Shown: in pieces, positions 1-13,034 of the stretch
How the letters are laid out: the number at the start of each line of letters is the position of its first letter
Position numbering within the stretch: the first letter of the stretch is position 1
NCBI RefSeq assembly: GCF_037042905.1
Contig: NC_087246.1
Location: 55,738,001 to 55,802,000, forward strand
Direction of reading: 5' to 3'
DNA: 64,000 bases
From: Lytechinus pictus
Lineage: Eukaryota
Made by a program: the position numbers and the translations under genes
The notes under the pieces: generated by a model
The model's database searches: none
Told to the model about the DNA's origin: nothing
The model's input: the letters and a program-made list of their open reading frames with translations, nothing else

Positions 1-2727
1 TCTCTACTAAATCAAAGTATTCTTTCATATACAAAATGTAATTGATGTGCATATTTGCCACTGCGTAAAAATTTGTGGTCACTATGGAAAAAAACGCTCC
101 AAATGTAATGCTTTCCTTCTATGCTGTCTTTTAAAACTTTTCCCTTGTATGAAGTGAAAACTTTTTTAATCACATTAGTAAATGGTAACTAATGAAATCT
201 TAATCAAACATCAATTAATCTTTTAAAAACTTGAATTTCTTAATTGTTTTTCATTTTTTATCTCTTGGCCCTGAATTCAGTCCTGTCATGGGTGCTAACA
301 AATCACTTTGTTACAATAGAGTACAAATCTCTACCTTTTCACATATATTCTAAATGAAACAAATTATTTTTCATGTACATTCAATTCTTTATCATAAGCC
401 ATCTTTCTTATATGCCATTACAATTTGAAGGGATTTATCTCTGTTCTAAATGGCTACAACTCCAGAGCAAAATTCAATCAAAATACAGTTGAAATTTCAT
501 AACAGATTCTTTAGGCAGTTGGGTGGAACATTTTGATGATAGAAATGTTAAATTAAGTCACAGTAAAAATATGATGGTAGAATTGGTCCTGAAGATCAGA
601 TGACTCTATTACAGTCACTTAATGATTCATGATCAGCTTCCACATGCTAGAAGCACTGATTCCTGCACATCACATCCCAAATATATGACAAAACTCAAGA
701 TGATAACAGCTACACTGACTTCTAAGTGGAAAACAATCTATTTCTAGGTGCTAAAACTTCCATGCAATTATCTCACTAGTGTCAGAACTCCTTTCTCATT
801 ACTTCACGTTCAATTTCAAGTTTGGCGAACCCCAGAGTGGCCGGTCGCCCCCACACCTTCCACGCGATTACACGGGCCCATGATGAGCTCTCACACGTCA
901 CGGTGCGCACGGCGAGCGTGATGCACGCCGACACTTCAGCCGAGGGGAATTCGCCCACCCCTCGCCAACGGGAGTGCCGTCGATTGGATTGGAAAAAGAG
1001 TGTTTGACGAAAGAGTTGGAGAGGATTTTTGTGTAATGGGATGGAAAATGTGGCAAATGATATTGCACATCTCTGTCTGCTCAGCCATATGTTATGAAAA
1101 TATGATAGTGATACCAAGTTAATCTCTTGAGTATATAACAGACTAGCAAGTCAACAAGCCAACATATTCTTCATACCAAGAAATATTTTCTTTTTGTACC
1201 ACAGAAGTATCACAGCTATCCCAGTAGCTATAATGAATATAAAAATTGGCGTGGATTTTCTGTTTTATCCATATGAAGTCAGGAAATTTGAAGTTCATGT
1301 ATGCAAAACAATTGTATAGGCCTGAAATATTGGATTGAGCTTTAGCGGCAATCATAGTGGGGGGGTTAATTCAAAGTTCTTTTGTTAACTAAAAAGGGAA
1401 TGCATGCACTCATTCAGTTCTGAAAAATAAACTGTTTTCAAATAAAACATTGATAACATGAACATGAGATGAAATTAGTTATTCGCTTTCATATCAACTG
1501 TAAAGCTTTATATGTGATTTTTCACTTTATATCTTAATATCGCATCCTAGTATAGTATACGGTGTCTTCACTTTCCATGCAGAGCTCTCAACATGGAAAG
1601 AGTATTTGGGTGTTATGAGTCAGATAAAGGAAGGAATAAAATAAAAAGAATAAGTATTAAAACCAAGGTTCTCCACTCATGTAGGTCAACATACCATGAT
1701 GAATATAGACCCATGACATGAGATATCTGTCTAATTCTCTGATGAGTAATTAATCTCATCAAACCTCTGTAAACAATGACAGTTCTATCCTCTTTAAACA
1801 ACGCAAGATGTCAAAGGTTGCATTCGCCAAATCAGGGCCCCTTTATGCGTCCCCGGGGACCGTCGTAATATTTCTGCTGGTGAAATTGGAGACATTGTTC
1901 ATAAATTCAAGCGAGGATGTCATTACCGTCTTGAGGAATGGCCGCCCCGCGCCTCTGCTCCCATCGTTGACGATGACGGCGACAATGCTGCCCTCTCGTA
2001 CCCGCTGATTCCGCCGCATGTTTAACACATGTACGGCCGGCGCTGCATGCGGGGAGCCCATTCATCACTTATTCATGTCTTCTGTCTGACTCTCCCCAAC
2101 ACTGCCATGGCCCAAAGTTGTGATTGCTGCCATATTGGATTACCGCTCTAATTTATCAGCCATCCGACGCGCATAGACGGCATTCTCAACAACACTCATC
2201 TCCCGTTCCATCTTCTCAAGCGTTTTCACACTAACAAGGAAGTGGTGAAGAATCTAAATACATACGATCAAACACCTTCAGTGTTATACACATTTGGATT
2301 TCATTTAATACTGATCATCCTATTTCTGAATGAATGGGTGTTTTTATTCAAGAGAACTTCAATGCAATGGGAGTTACAATTCTGGTGAATCTGGTGGATG
2401 GAAAAATAAGGCTGAGTTGTTTTAAAAGAAGTTGTATATAGAGAATTATTGTAAAGCAAATTATGATATTTATGTACCTCAAGTAATATCTCACTTAGAA
2501 ATTGATCAAAAATTTAACTTGCAACCTATTTCAATCTAAAAAAAAAACATTAGTTAAAAAAATAACAATGAGCAGAAACACTCTGGGTGTGATCAGGGAT
2601 TGATTGTCAATTACAATTTCTTCCTAACGTTCAAATCATACTCCTCCATTAACTGTATTACCTTACAAGAGATGGAGAGGCCTGGGTATAGAAAAGATTC
2701 AACTTAATTACCATAACCAGCAGGTCT

Positions 2728-2969
2728 NNNNNNNNNNNNNNNNNNNNNNNNNNNNNNNNNNNNNNNNNNNNNNNNNNNNNNNNNNNNNNNNNNNNNNNNN
2801 NNNNNNNNNNNNNNNNNNNNNNNNNNNNNNNNNNNNNNNNNNNNNNNNNNNNNNNNNNNNNNNNNNNNNNNNNNNNNNNNNNNNNNNNNNNNNNNNNNNN
2901 NNNNNNNNNNNNNNNNNNNNNNNNNNNNNNNNNNNNNNNNNNNNNNNNNNNNNNNNNNNNNNNNNNNNN
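2728..2969. other. Assembly gap (242 N)
   Basis: Run of n bases. Confidence 1.
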
Positions 2970-3135
2970 TGATGATCGTGATGATGATAATGAAGATGAT
3001 GATGACTGTAATGATGCTGCTCATGCTGCTGATAAGGAAGATGATGATGGCGATGATAATGATGTTGATGATGCCTATGATGATAAGGATGATAGTGATA
3101 ATGATGACGATGATTGTGACGATAACAATAACGAT
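2970..3135. repeat. Degenerate (GAT)n trinucleotide microsatellite abutting the gap
   Basis: gatgatcgtgatgatgataatgaagatgat... It explains the poly-Ile ORF 2704-3159. Confidence 0.95.
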
Positions 3136-3803
3136 TAATTCAAAATAGATCTTCATCACCCATGTACTACATCTTATGAGTGAAAAACTATTTTAAAAAA
3201 CAATGAAATCCATAAATTGCTATTAATTCAATTCATATGCGATGTATTACACCTCTTCAGGAGTATGTCATCTAAGGTCAATTCAATCAATTTTGATTGG
3301 TAATGACCAAGACTATCGTTGCATGGAGAGGGGTAATGTCATCACTGCTTAATGAAGGGATCACCATGCATCTATCTAAACTACAATGAAATTATCTAGT
3401 CATTTCAAGGATAGTAACACATCTGAGTGAAATATGTAATATCAGTGTACCTTGATAAGCCTAGGGGTTGCCCCTTCCCCCCCCCCCCCCAATAAAAAAA
3501 ATTGATTTAAAAAAAAAATATATATTTTTTTTTAATGCAATAGACACTAGGTGGGAAAACATTAAAAAATATGACTTATCCTCTTTTCATTAACTTTTAT
3601 TTTATGTATCTTATCAGAAAGGCACCCCCATCTTTCTCTTAACTCCAGCTTGCCCCAGGATATACCTCTGATGAAAGGTGGTGAATGAGAGTCCCTTACT
3701 GCATTGGTAAAACAGCTATGCTCTGAATATCATGGTCATGTCTTTATCACTTAAGATCATCACAAAGACACCATGTACCAGGCACATAGGCATAATGACA
3801 CTT

Positions 3804-4080
3804 CTGGGCCCTGTCTTACAAAGAGTTGCGATTGATCTAATCAATCACAACTATGGACGGCCAGCAACGTCAACATCTATTAAGCATGTTTATTCAAAAT
3901 ATTTTCTAGCTGTGATGTATATTCATGCATTCATTGTTTTCTTGAAAAATTCACTGCGCTTCTCTTTGCATACAAGGACATTGCGCAAATTTTTCGTAGA
4001 AAAAAATTATGACACTGATGGATTTCCATATAGTTACGATTGATCGGACCAATCGTAACTCTTTGAAAGACGGGGCCCAG
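3804..4080. mobile_element. MITE with about 50-bp TIRs (Harbinger-like)
   Basis: Left end ctgggccctgtcttacaaagagttgcgattgatctaatcaatcacaactat; reverse complement of right end ctgggccccgtctttcaaagagttacgattggtccgatcaatcgtaactat. Confidence 0.9.
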
Positions 4081-4556
4081 GTGTCAGTTCTAAAAGCCTG
4101 GCCTTTGTTATGAAAAAAAGAAATATAAAACAAAGAGAATACAGTCCCCACTACCAAACTGCCACCTGAATTCAAAGTGTCAAGTGCCTTGGTAATTAAA
4201 GTAACTCAAACTGTAATAAAACTTATACATATAAAACTTTTCTAATATTTATCTGCGGGCTGTTATTTTTTTTTAACTTTAAACCACTATACAATTTACA
4301 TCATGAAATATCCATCCACGGCCCAAAATATCACAAAATAACATTCTGCATATTTAATAGTCCTTATTGCCAAGGTTTAAGTACTGCCTAAGTTTTATGT
4401 GTGCCAGAAGAGTGGGAGATTTGGTGATATTGGGCTAGCAAAATGGTAAATATTGTGAAAAATGTTGCTAATTTGGTAGTAAATGAACTGGGACAGAAGG
4501 GATGAAGTGGGACAGTCGGGAGAAGGTGGAAATAAAACTATTCTAGCAACAATAAT

Positions 4557-4623
4557 AGGGCCTGCTATGAGAGCAGTTTTCGGAACTGAAGTGGCTACCC
4601 TGGGTAAATATACCGTTATTACT
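4557..4623 (+). mobile_element. SINE 3'-tail fragment
   Basis: agggcctgctatgagagcagttttcggaactgaagtggctaccctgggtaaata is nearly identical to the reverse complement of 59143-59196 and similar to 30352-30398. Confidence 0.75.
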
Positions 4624-6888
4624 AAATTGCTGAGCATTCATTTCTATCTATATTCATGGGGAAATTACTTTGATGTTCACAAGTACACCCAATCGAGATG
4701 TAAAAGATTAAGTGATCAAAATGTGATTGCAACAAATATCTTTATAAGCTAATCATAGTAAAATTGACTTTTTTACAATTTTGCTCTCATACAAGCATCC
4801 ATCAAATACATCAAACATACCTGGAACCTCAATTATCATATTTTCAAGATCTCTTACATATTCCACAAACAAATCAGTAGATCTCTTTCTTGATTCTTCC
4901 CACGAATATTGGGCCCCGGTGATCTGTGTAATTCATGGGGTATCATTCGCCTCCCGTGATTTACAGCCGGATAGAATTTTCTACAACGACATCCCCGGTC
5001 ACGGGGACGATGGGACCGGGAATGAAGAAAGGAAAACATGGCATAGGGATTTACATGTATATTAATTTCATGCTTGGTGTTAGACAGTTTCAGACCTAAT
5101 ACATCATGACTGACAACCCAGATAAACACTTGAATACTGATTGAGGCTGAATACGATTCTCAATTTTTATTACTATTTCAGGATTTCCCCATTATGATCG
5201 TCAGGATTTCTTTATAACTCCATGATGTATCATTTCATTATCAGGAGCTGATTTATTAGATCTATTACCAAAGAGAAACTATGTTGCTAAGGGATTTGAT
5301 ATGCGTATGGATTACAAACACCCTTTTCATGAGCAACTTCTGGTTGATTGGAACTCTGCAGCTATATTTCTAGTTCAAATTCTTATTGCAGTCATGTTTT
5401 GAACCCCATTTAAGCATCACTTATGTTGATACAAAATAATTCAGATATTCTAGATTATCAATTCACTTTCTCGTGGAACAAACAACAACAACAAAATCTA
5501 CTCTCTTTTGAAAAGAAGTAAACCTAGGCTAGACAACCAAACACAGAAAGGGTGTTTGTAATGTATATCTCACTCAATTAGCAGTAATAAATGAGTGAAA
5601 AGTTTTATCCCAAATCTAACATTCAAACTGAAAAGTGTTTTGTAGATCAAATGCATGCATCAATAGCATCCCTTTTCAATAAGAAAAACCATGTGTATTA
5701 CAATATTAAAAATGTATCTCTTTCTTTTCTCATGCTTTCTCAAATATGTAATCTGCGAGGGCTATGGTACTGACCTGGATATTTCAAAAAAAAAATCTGG
5801 CCAATATTTTCCCCTGAAAAAAAGATATAACATATAAAATATGAAATTTCTCTTTTTTAAAATTATATATTATTTCAGGTCATGGCACATATGAGGACTT
5901 TGTAAAAAAATGAGTACCGGTATGTCTTGTAAATTTGAACATGAAAGCATCTATTACATCTCAACATAATCTTTTTTCTGTTTGAGGCAAAAATGGCTCT
6001 TATTTTGTATCAATCTATCCCCCCCCCCCTCTCTTTCTTTCTTGGCCCATCTACAGTAGATCCACCATCGGAGAAGTCGAAGACGTACAAATACTTGGGA
6101 TTTCTACTCCTATGGTGTATCTAATCAAAGCCTTTTCAGCCACTGACTGAGGGAAGGTGGTGCAGTGATCCTAGCAGACAAAACTAATTAAGCTATCAGA
6201 ACTTTTTCATAAAATGCCATCTTCACAAGAAAATAATTAAATTAAATGACGAATCATCATTGGCTCTTTTTGAGTGAAAACTTATATCCTAAAATCTGAC
6301 TTTCAATAACTGACAAGCATTTTGCAGATAAAAAATGCATGCATTTCAGATTTCCCATTGACATGGGAGGTGATTTGCAGCATGATGAGATACATTGATG
6401 CCTTTAAATGCCATTATATCACCACATACTTCATCCTATTCATTGCCACCATTCAAACCCTTTGTCTATTTAACCTTTAATACAGAGACCCCACCACGCT
6501 TATGACCGGCAACAAAAGACTAAGACAAAGACATGATGAATTTAACCTTCTAAGGACAGTTCCATTTATAGACCCAAGCTTGAAAGCCAGTCATGCATCC
6601 TTCCAGAAGGCCACAGCAGCAAAGGGAGGGGGTTTGTGGGGAGACCGATTTAAGAATGGGTGCCAAGATTGCCCCCTTGCTTTGGACAACCCCCATGGAG
6701 ACGGACCAAACTGTAATCTAGTAAGACAAAGCCAAAGTATTGTGCGGTTACTACCCCCTCAATGCCAACTTCTACTCCAGTCAGGTATTGATGAGGTCTT
6801 GTCACCTGTTTGGAGGCTATACTGTTTTACAAGACCTCAGAATAAAGAGCACCTGCCCGTATCACATATCCAAATCACAATCGATAAG

Positions 6889-7382
6889 AGCGGGGGGGGG
6901 GGGGGGGGGACTCAAATTATAACATGATACCTATGTGCCGCACCAAAAAGAAAAACAGGGGGCTCTGGAACTAAACTTTGGTTCTAAAATGGGGGTCTCC
7001 AAAACTGCTCTAGGATCAATGATTGCTAAAAATGCAATGCTCTGGAAAGGCAAGAATTCTGTGTTTCGGAGCTTTGCATGAATATGCATGAAATTGGTCA
7101 TGACGTTTCTGTGCGATGAACCAATCAGCGGTCTCCGAATCGCTGTGCAGAGCTTTGGCTATCCGTTGAATGCATCAATGGCAATTTGCCAATGTGCTGC
7201 GCTGAGTATGAGCGGGCACTGGAATGAGAAATCATAAAATTGGAGTCTCCATAAAGGGGAAAAATAGGAATTTCTATGGCTTTGGAACGGAAATTTAAGC
7301 TGAAAATGGGGGTCTCGACTGCAGCACATACAATATGTATCATACATTAATACTAAGTACCCCCCCCCCCCCCCCCCCCCCG
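6889..7382. mobile_element. Degenerate non-autonomous DNA element with poly-G/poly-C ends
   Basis: Poly-G + actcaaattataacatgatacctatgtgccgc pairs imperfectly with gcagcacata...atcatacattaatactaagta + poly-C. Flanks tcgataag/tagataag match 7/8. Same architecture as 61912-62520. Confidence 0.6.
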
Positions 7383-8557
7383 TAGATAAGCCACATGGCA
7401 GATAAAGATGGTACAGTTTGAAACTGTGATCGGTTAGCATTCCCCCGAACACTTCACTTCTTATCACCAATGCTAATCTATAACTTTTCATAGCAAAAGA
7501 AAAGATTGTCTGAAGCTCAGTTAATTCTAGACTAGAAAATGATTAAATGGTACAAAACCAGCCAAAGAAGGAAGTAGAAATACTAAGTCACAAAAACATG
7601 AAAATTATTCATTTTCAGTATAACTTTTAAAATGTGTAATCGATCAATTTAAAAGAAGAGACCTCTAAAAAAAGAGAGCAAGGCAAGAAAGATGTCTGGC
7701 CTCATCCCTGGATCTTTCTGATCTGAAAGACATCTTTAAAATGAACTGGTATCAAAGGGGTCTGGTCACTTCAATGATAAATTAATCCTAATCCAAGGGG
7801 TACCTATTGTTCCTGTATTGATCCAAATTTTATCCAGAGACAGGAGAACAATTGCACTATACCCCCCTTACATCCACCCTAATCAATCTTAGCATGTGTT
7901 GTCAGTCTGTTGAGCTAGTTCTACCAAAGAGGGGTATCTTGTCATCTGGAACTTTCAGAACAATGGCACAGCCCGGTATAGATTTTTGATCTCTTGATTA
8001 ATAATTCAGGGAGTACAGGACCAGTAGCACATTGCCCTATTTTGGGGGGCACTTCTGAATGATGATGAATGGTAAGTAATTGATGCAGAGATGTAACAAC
8101 CTGGCGGGCAGGAACTCTGGGCATTAACACCATGAATAATCAACATGATATGGTCAATTTTCTCACAATGATGGGTGAATAATTAATGAGATCAAAGTTC
8201 CAATCGACTGCAGGAAGCTAAATGAATCGAACATCGATTTGTAAGAAATCACTATTACCACGGCGACTCACACTTGTTCTCACAAGAGACAATGGGCATT
8301 ATTCTTTGCCGTTATGTCCTTAAAATCTACAGCCGATATGGGTCCAAGGTTTTGGTATCTCCTGTCATTTGCTGGGGTTCACCACCGAACACTAGTTCCA
8401 ATAAAAAAGTGGTTCCACGAGCAGCGATTATTAAAGGAATCACTAGACATTCACTTACTACTTGTAGTCATTTGAATGTCGGAGGGTATATGTATACTTT
8501 ACTCGGTGTCCATGCCATATGATAAAGACTTACTTTATTGTGCTTTTAGATTCATTT

Positions 8558-8625
8558 CATTCTCCTGAAGACAGCAAGAACATCATTCTCCTGAACACAG
8601 CAAGAACATACTAGTTGAAATAGTC
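8558..8625 (+). repeat. 26-bp tandem duplication with hammerhead-like CTGAAGA...GAAA core (possible Penelope-type remnant)
   Basis: cattctcctgaagacagcaagaacat / cattctcctgaacacagcaagaacat, followed by actagttgaaatagtc. Confidence 0.45.
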
Positions 8626-11490
8626 AGTTAGGATGGTCCTTTCAGGATGAATAAGACACCCAAGAAAAATTAATATGTGTACCTTTACATCAATGAGCTT
8701 CCAAAGTTGAGGGTTAAACACTAAGGCAAAGATATATTTACATAATATTACAGTAAAATAAGAAGATTTTTTTTAATTTCTTTGTACTTGACAAAAATAT
8801 ATATCCACCCCCTCTATTGTTGATGGCTTCAGATTATACAACAAAATGACCAACAGTTTCCTGGCACTATTTGGGTAATTTCATGCAGTGTTTACAAACT
8901 ATAAATACTCATGTCTGAGGAACAGGTTTTAAGAGGCATAAACCTTCACTACTGACAAAGTAAAAGGGAATTACTGACATGGAGAATACCCAGTGTCTTT
9001 AATGAAACTCAAGTACATCAACAATACCCCAAGAACGTGTGGCACCAACGGGGGTTTGGTGCATGGCTGGTAACTGGCTACCAAAGAGCAGCTGCCTTTT
9101 AAGATACTTCCCTCAATGTCACTGCTCTTCAATGCGACCAGTTAATATAAAGACACTAATGATGAGCCACTATTCATCTCGATGTATGGATTAAACCTCA
9201 TCACTGTACTTGGCCCAGTCCCAACTTAAATCAATGTTTACAAACACTACGCAACAATGCCATTCAAGACAAGGTCTTTGCCACAACCGCCAAAGATAAA
9301 GGAACTTGCCATTAGATCAAAGAAGAGACATGCTCTCCTTAAGATGAAATCATAATGACATTTAGAAGAATAAAGAACATCAACTCTGGCACCTAGGGAG
9401 CCAAGTGATGAAGTGGGTGGCCCTAGACAGTTAGGCACAAGCATATCCATAACAATGTGGAGCAAAGATGGCTTTAATCTTGGGAATGAACACCCTTGTA
9501 TTAAACTACTTGAGATAAAAAAAAACTTTCTATGAATTAAAGAAGAGTCCTTTTTTCCCATCAAGAATGGTAGTGGTGGTCATTAGAAAAAAGAACATAA
9601 AATCTGGCACCAATGGATCCAGGAAGTGAAGTGGGTGACATTTGGCAGTGAAGACACAAGCCCATCTGCAACAACATGGATAAAGGAATTTTCCATGAGT
9701 CAAGACCCTACCATCTCTCATTAAGAATATGCCTTAATGAAAATTTGATAAGAACGTTAAATCAGGCACCAACGGAACAAGGCAGTGGGGTAGGGGTCGG
9801 TTTTACAATGAAAACAAAAGTACATCCATAACAATGTAAATAGGAGAAAACTCTGAAGTTGTCATTAACACCCTTTAGTGAAACCCTACATGTATGTGTA
9901 GACATCATGGGACCACATTGTGAATCTAACTTAAGTACATAGGAGGTTTGGTATATTGAGAAGATGTAAATAAGTGAAGGAAAAAGTGGAAGGGGGAGAA
10001 AAGAAAATTGTCCATGAAGGAAAATGGAGGATAGAGAGTATAAATGAAAATAAAACAATTTAAGTGATAGTGACAATCAAAGATGGATAAGACTGAAAAC
10101 TAACCAATAGTTAAATGTGCATCCCAGAAAAAAAAGGGAAACACATATAGATACCACAAACCTCAAATGTGTTTTGAATTGATATCAAATATGAAACTGA
10201 GTGGGAGAATACGATATCCACTTAGATTTCAGACCTAATTTTTAGTAATTATTCATGCAAGGAGATTGCAACTTTGTTGTATCCTAAACAAAGCTGGACC
10301 CATTTGTTGTTTGAAAACTTGGTCCTGGAATTGTAATTCTGAATGATTCTTTCTTATCTTTTCATGAACTTCCATATTATTTCAGGTAGATAAAGTTTGA
10401 ATTGATTTCATGAAGATACATATGAAATATCATAAATTATTTGTCTGTGGTGAAACTAGATGAGAATCCCAGTTTTCTTTTTTTTTCTGAGGCACACTAT
10501 ATTGGAACAATGGTGTCATGTTCTTTTTCCTTTCTAAATATAGACACGCATAGTTGGGCTGTCAGTTTGTGGGGAGAAAAAAAAATAAAAAAAAAAAAAC
10601 TGTCAAGGGTGCTTAGACAGACATCTAGGATTATAAAATACAATGAGACAATGACACAAAGGGACAAAAGGAAGCAGAGACTGCTACATGACAACCTACT
10701 TGACATTCAGTCTAGGCGTTGAGTAGTGTTAATCTACTATGTATAAAGGTGCTTATGGAAGGGGCAGGGTAACTAATCCACAGACACCAAGCTGTCAATA
10801 TTGTGGAGTAGAATTTATTGATCAAAAGAAGAATAAAGTCTGATCCCCTTACAAGTAATTAGTGAGAGTAATAGTAACGACTTACTTGTAGCTAATACTC
10901 ACCAAAGTTGTTTGATGCAGGCAAATTAAGATTACTACAGAGATATTTTTGTCATAGTAAAGTTGAACTTATAGATCAAGATTACCTATGATAGAGATAA
11001 CTGTCTCTCAGTGTCATTTTATGTGACTTTGGATTCAGTCTTAAAATGATTTCCATGCGCAAGGTTGTGTTTCATAAAGCTAAGTTCTGCCCAACTTTCC
11101 ATGCAATGTAACATGTTCTTGGTTGCTAAATCATATTCTCAATTCTTTTTAATTCCTATTAGCTGCAGCATATGATCTATCAACTTTCAAGGCTAAAGTT
11201 TTTCTTTGTTAACACAAATATCTGAATGTTAAGTTTAGTACTTGTTAAAAATTTGATTAGGGTTATCAAAAATCTGCTATCAATCAGCAAAAAACAGAAA
11301 AAATTGTGGGTATCTCATTGCACACAACAGGTCACCAGTTGAATGGTGAAACTGAAGTTAGAATCACATGTCTACATCTTAAAACACTTCTGTTTATATG
11401 GAAACCCTGACAATTTAAATAGCACTTTCAATACTTCTCTGACTTTTCTTGCAGAATAAGGATAAGATTTGTAGCCAGTAATACAGTTAC

Positions 11491-11652
11491 GGCGCAGTCA
11501 CACTTCGTCTACGATGATGGCCTTACGAGTACAAAACAGCTAGGTTTTTTTTTTTTTTTTTTACCATCTGTATGTGGTTTGTACAGAAATCCGTTAAAAA
11601 GGGCAGTTTTGGACAAGCAGTGTGGATGCTGCAGGGGAAATGTGACTGCAGC
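11491..11652. mobile_element. Short MITE
   Basis: The ends ggcgcagtcacactt and aatgtgactgcagc are imperfect inverted repeats. Confidence 0.6.
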
Positions 11653-12424
11653 ATCACCAACACTATCTTTACTAGGAACTTTTCAATAATTCAGCCCAAA
11701 AGGGAGAAACAATAATATAAACAGTATCCAATATACAGGTCTATGCCCAAGTCAAATATTTGGGGATCAGAGAAAATATCACTTTCAAAGAGGGATATAA
11801 CACATATTTAGCATATTCTGGCCTAGATACTGCTTCAACTTTGACAAAAATTTCATTCATGGAATGTAAAATTATGGCAATTTAGCCGTAAAGATTACAT
11901 CTCCTTTCACTCGAGCAGGAGAGCCAACAATTTGCAACATTTCAGAATTGTAAGCTTTTGTCATCTAGATCTGGATAACTTGCTAAAGCGGTGGACTACT
12001 GAAGATTGCAAAAAAATTGAGGATGGAATTTGGTGCTGCTCCTTTCATTCAATCCATGCCTAGTCAATACCTGGTCCACTGCGAGTGGTCATAAAGCAAC
12101 AAAAATGTAGAAAAGTTCAGAGTTTTCAGTTCAGACATACAGTAAAATTCACAAACATTGACAGGTCCATACCATAACCCATCTACTCCTTAGGATTCAC
12201 TCACACAACTCATTCTTCTTTCTCTCTGTGTTTGTTGTAGCACTCTATAGAAAAATTCATGAAGCATCTGAATCAGTCTTATTTTTCTAGAATGAACAAT
12301 TTTTAAAGGTAAATACTTAAATTTTCCTTCACTTTTAGCAACAAATTGTCTTGCTTAGCCACCTCGTTTATATAAAATCAAAGATACATCAGAGGCAGTA
12401 TGATTTTTTCCGGAATGAACAAAC

Positions 12425-12526
12425 CTTTTTTGTTGCTAGCCCCGGTTCTTGGTCCAGTAGCCCCATGAGAGCGGGAACGTTGCCCTTGGCAGACTCCATC
12501 ATCCATTGCCTTTCTAGAGGTTCAAG
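12425..12526 (-). CDS. sowah: Sowah-like gene, exon H, pre-ankyrin helix (34 aa: LEPLERQWMMESAKGNVPALMGLLDQEPGLATKK)
   Basis: tttcttccttacag|CTT acceptor, AAG|gtttgt donor, 102 nt, phase 0/0. The peptide matches the SOWAH pattern LEPxExxWxxxxAxG...LLxxDPxLAxK(R/K) that precedes DFxxG(F/Y)TALHWAAK. Family recognised from memory, not by a search. Confidence 0.85.
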
Positions 12527-13034
12527 CTGTAAGGAAGAAAGATACTGGGCAGAATAAGTACATATCCGGGGGTTATGAAAATGCAGTACATACTTGCTTT
12601 AAAGACATTGGTATATGATATAGAGATTTTGATCTATGATGTGTATTGAATTTAGATTTGTCCATATGGATTTGATAATACCCAGGAAGAGAGGGGGGGG
12701 GTCAAATTCATGCATTTTCAAGATATCTGTGACCAGAAAATCAAAATTTTCAGGGCTACATTATTTACACACATATCACATACACAGGAAATATTAGAGA
12801 TCTTATATACACCTCAGTTCATTTACAGTCAAATAAAAAAATACAATTTTTTTTTATAAATGAGACCAATGGAATGCCTAGTCATCTTGGGTAATATAAA
12901 TTTATGATTCCACCTAAGAATAGTATAAACTAGAAATAATGAAGAATACAAACTGTTGCCATAATGTTTGTTACCGTGAGGTTAATATTCTATATTTAAA
13001 ATAGCTTCATTTCTATGAATGATAGAAACACAGA

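Noticed and set aside
2704-3159. 151-aa hydrophobic poly-Ile ORF
   Set aside because: Translation of a (GAT)n microsatellite plus N gap.
3695-3735. Possible microexon encoding CFTNA as the linker before the ankyrin repeats
   Set aside because: The donor gtaagg is present, but neither nearby AG gives a phase-0 exon in that frame.
6502-6927. 141-aa plus-strand ORF
   Set aside because: No recognisable domain or splice context, and it runs into the poly-G end of a repeat.
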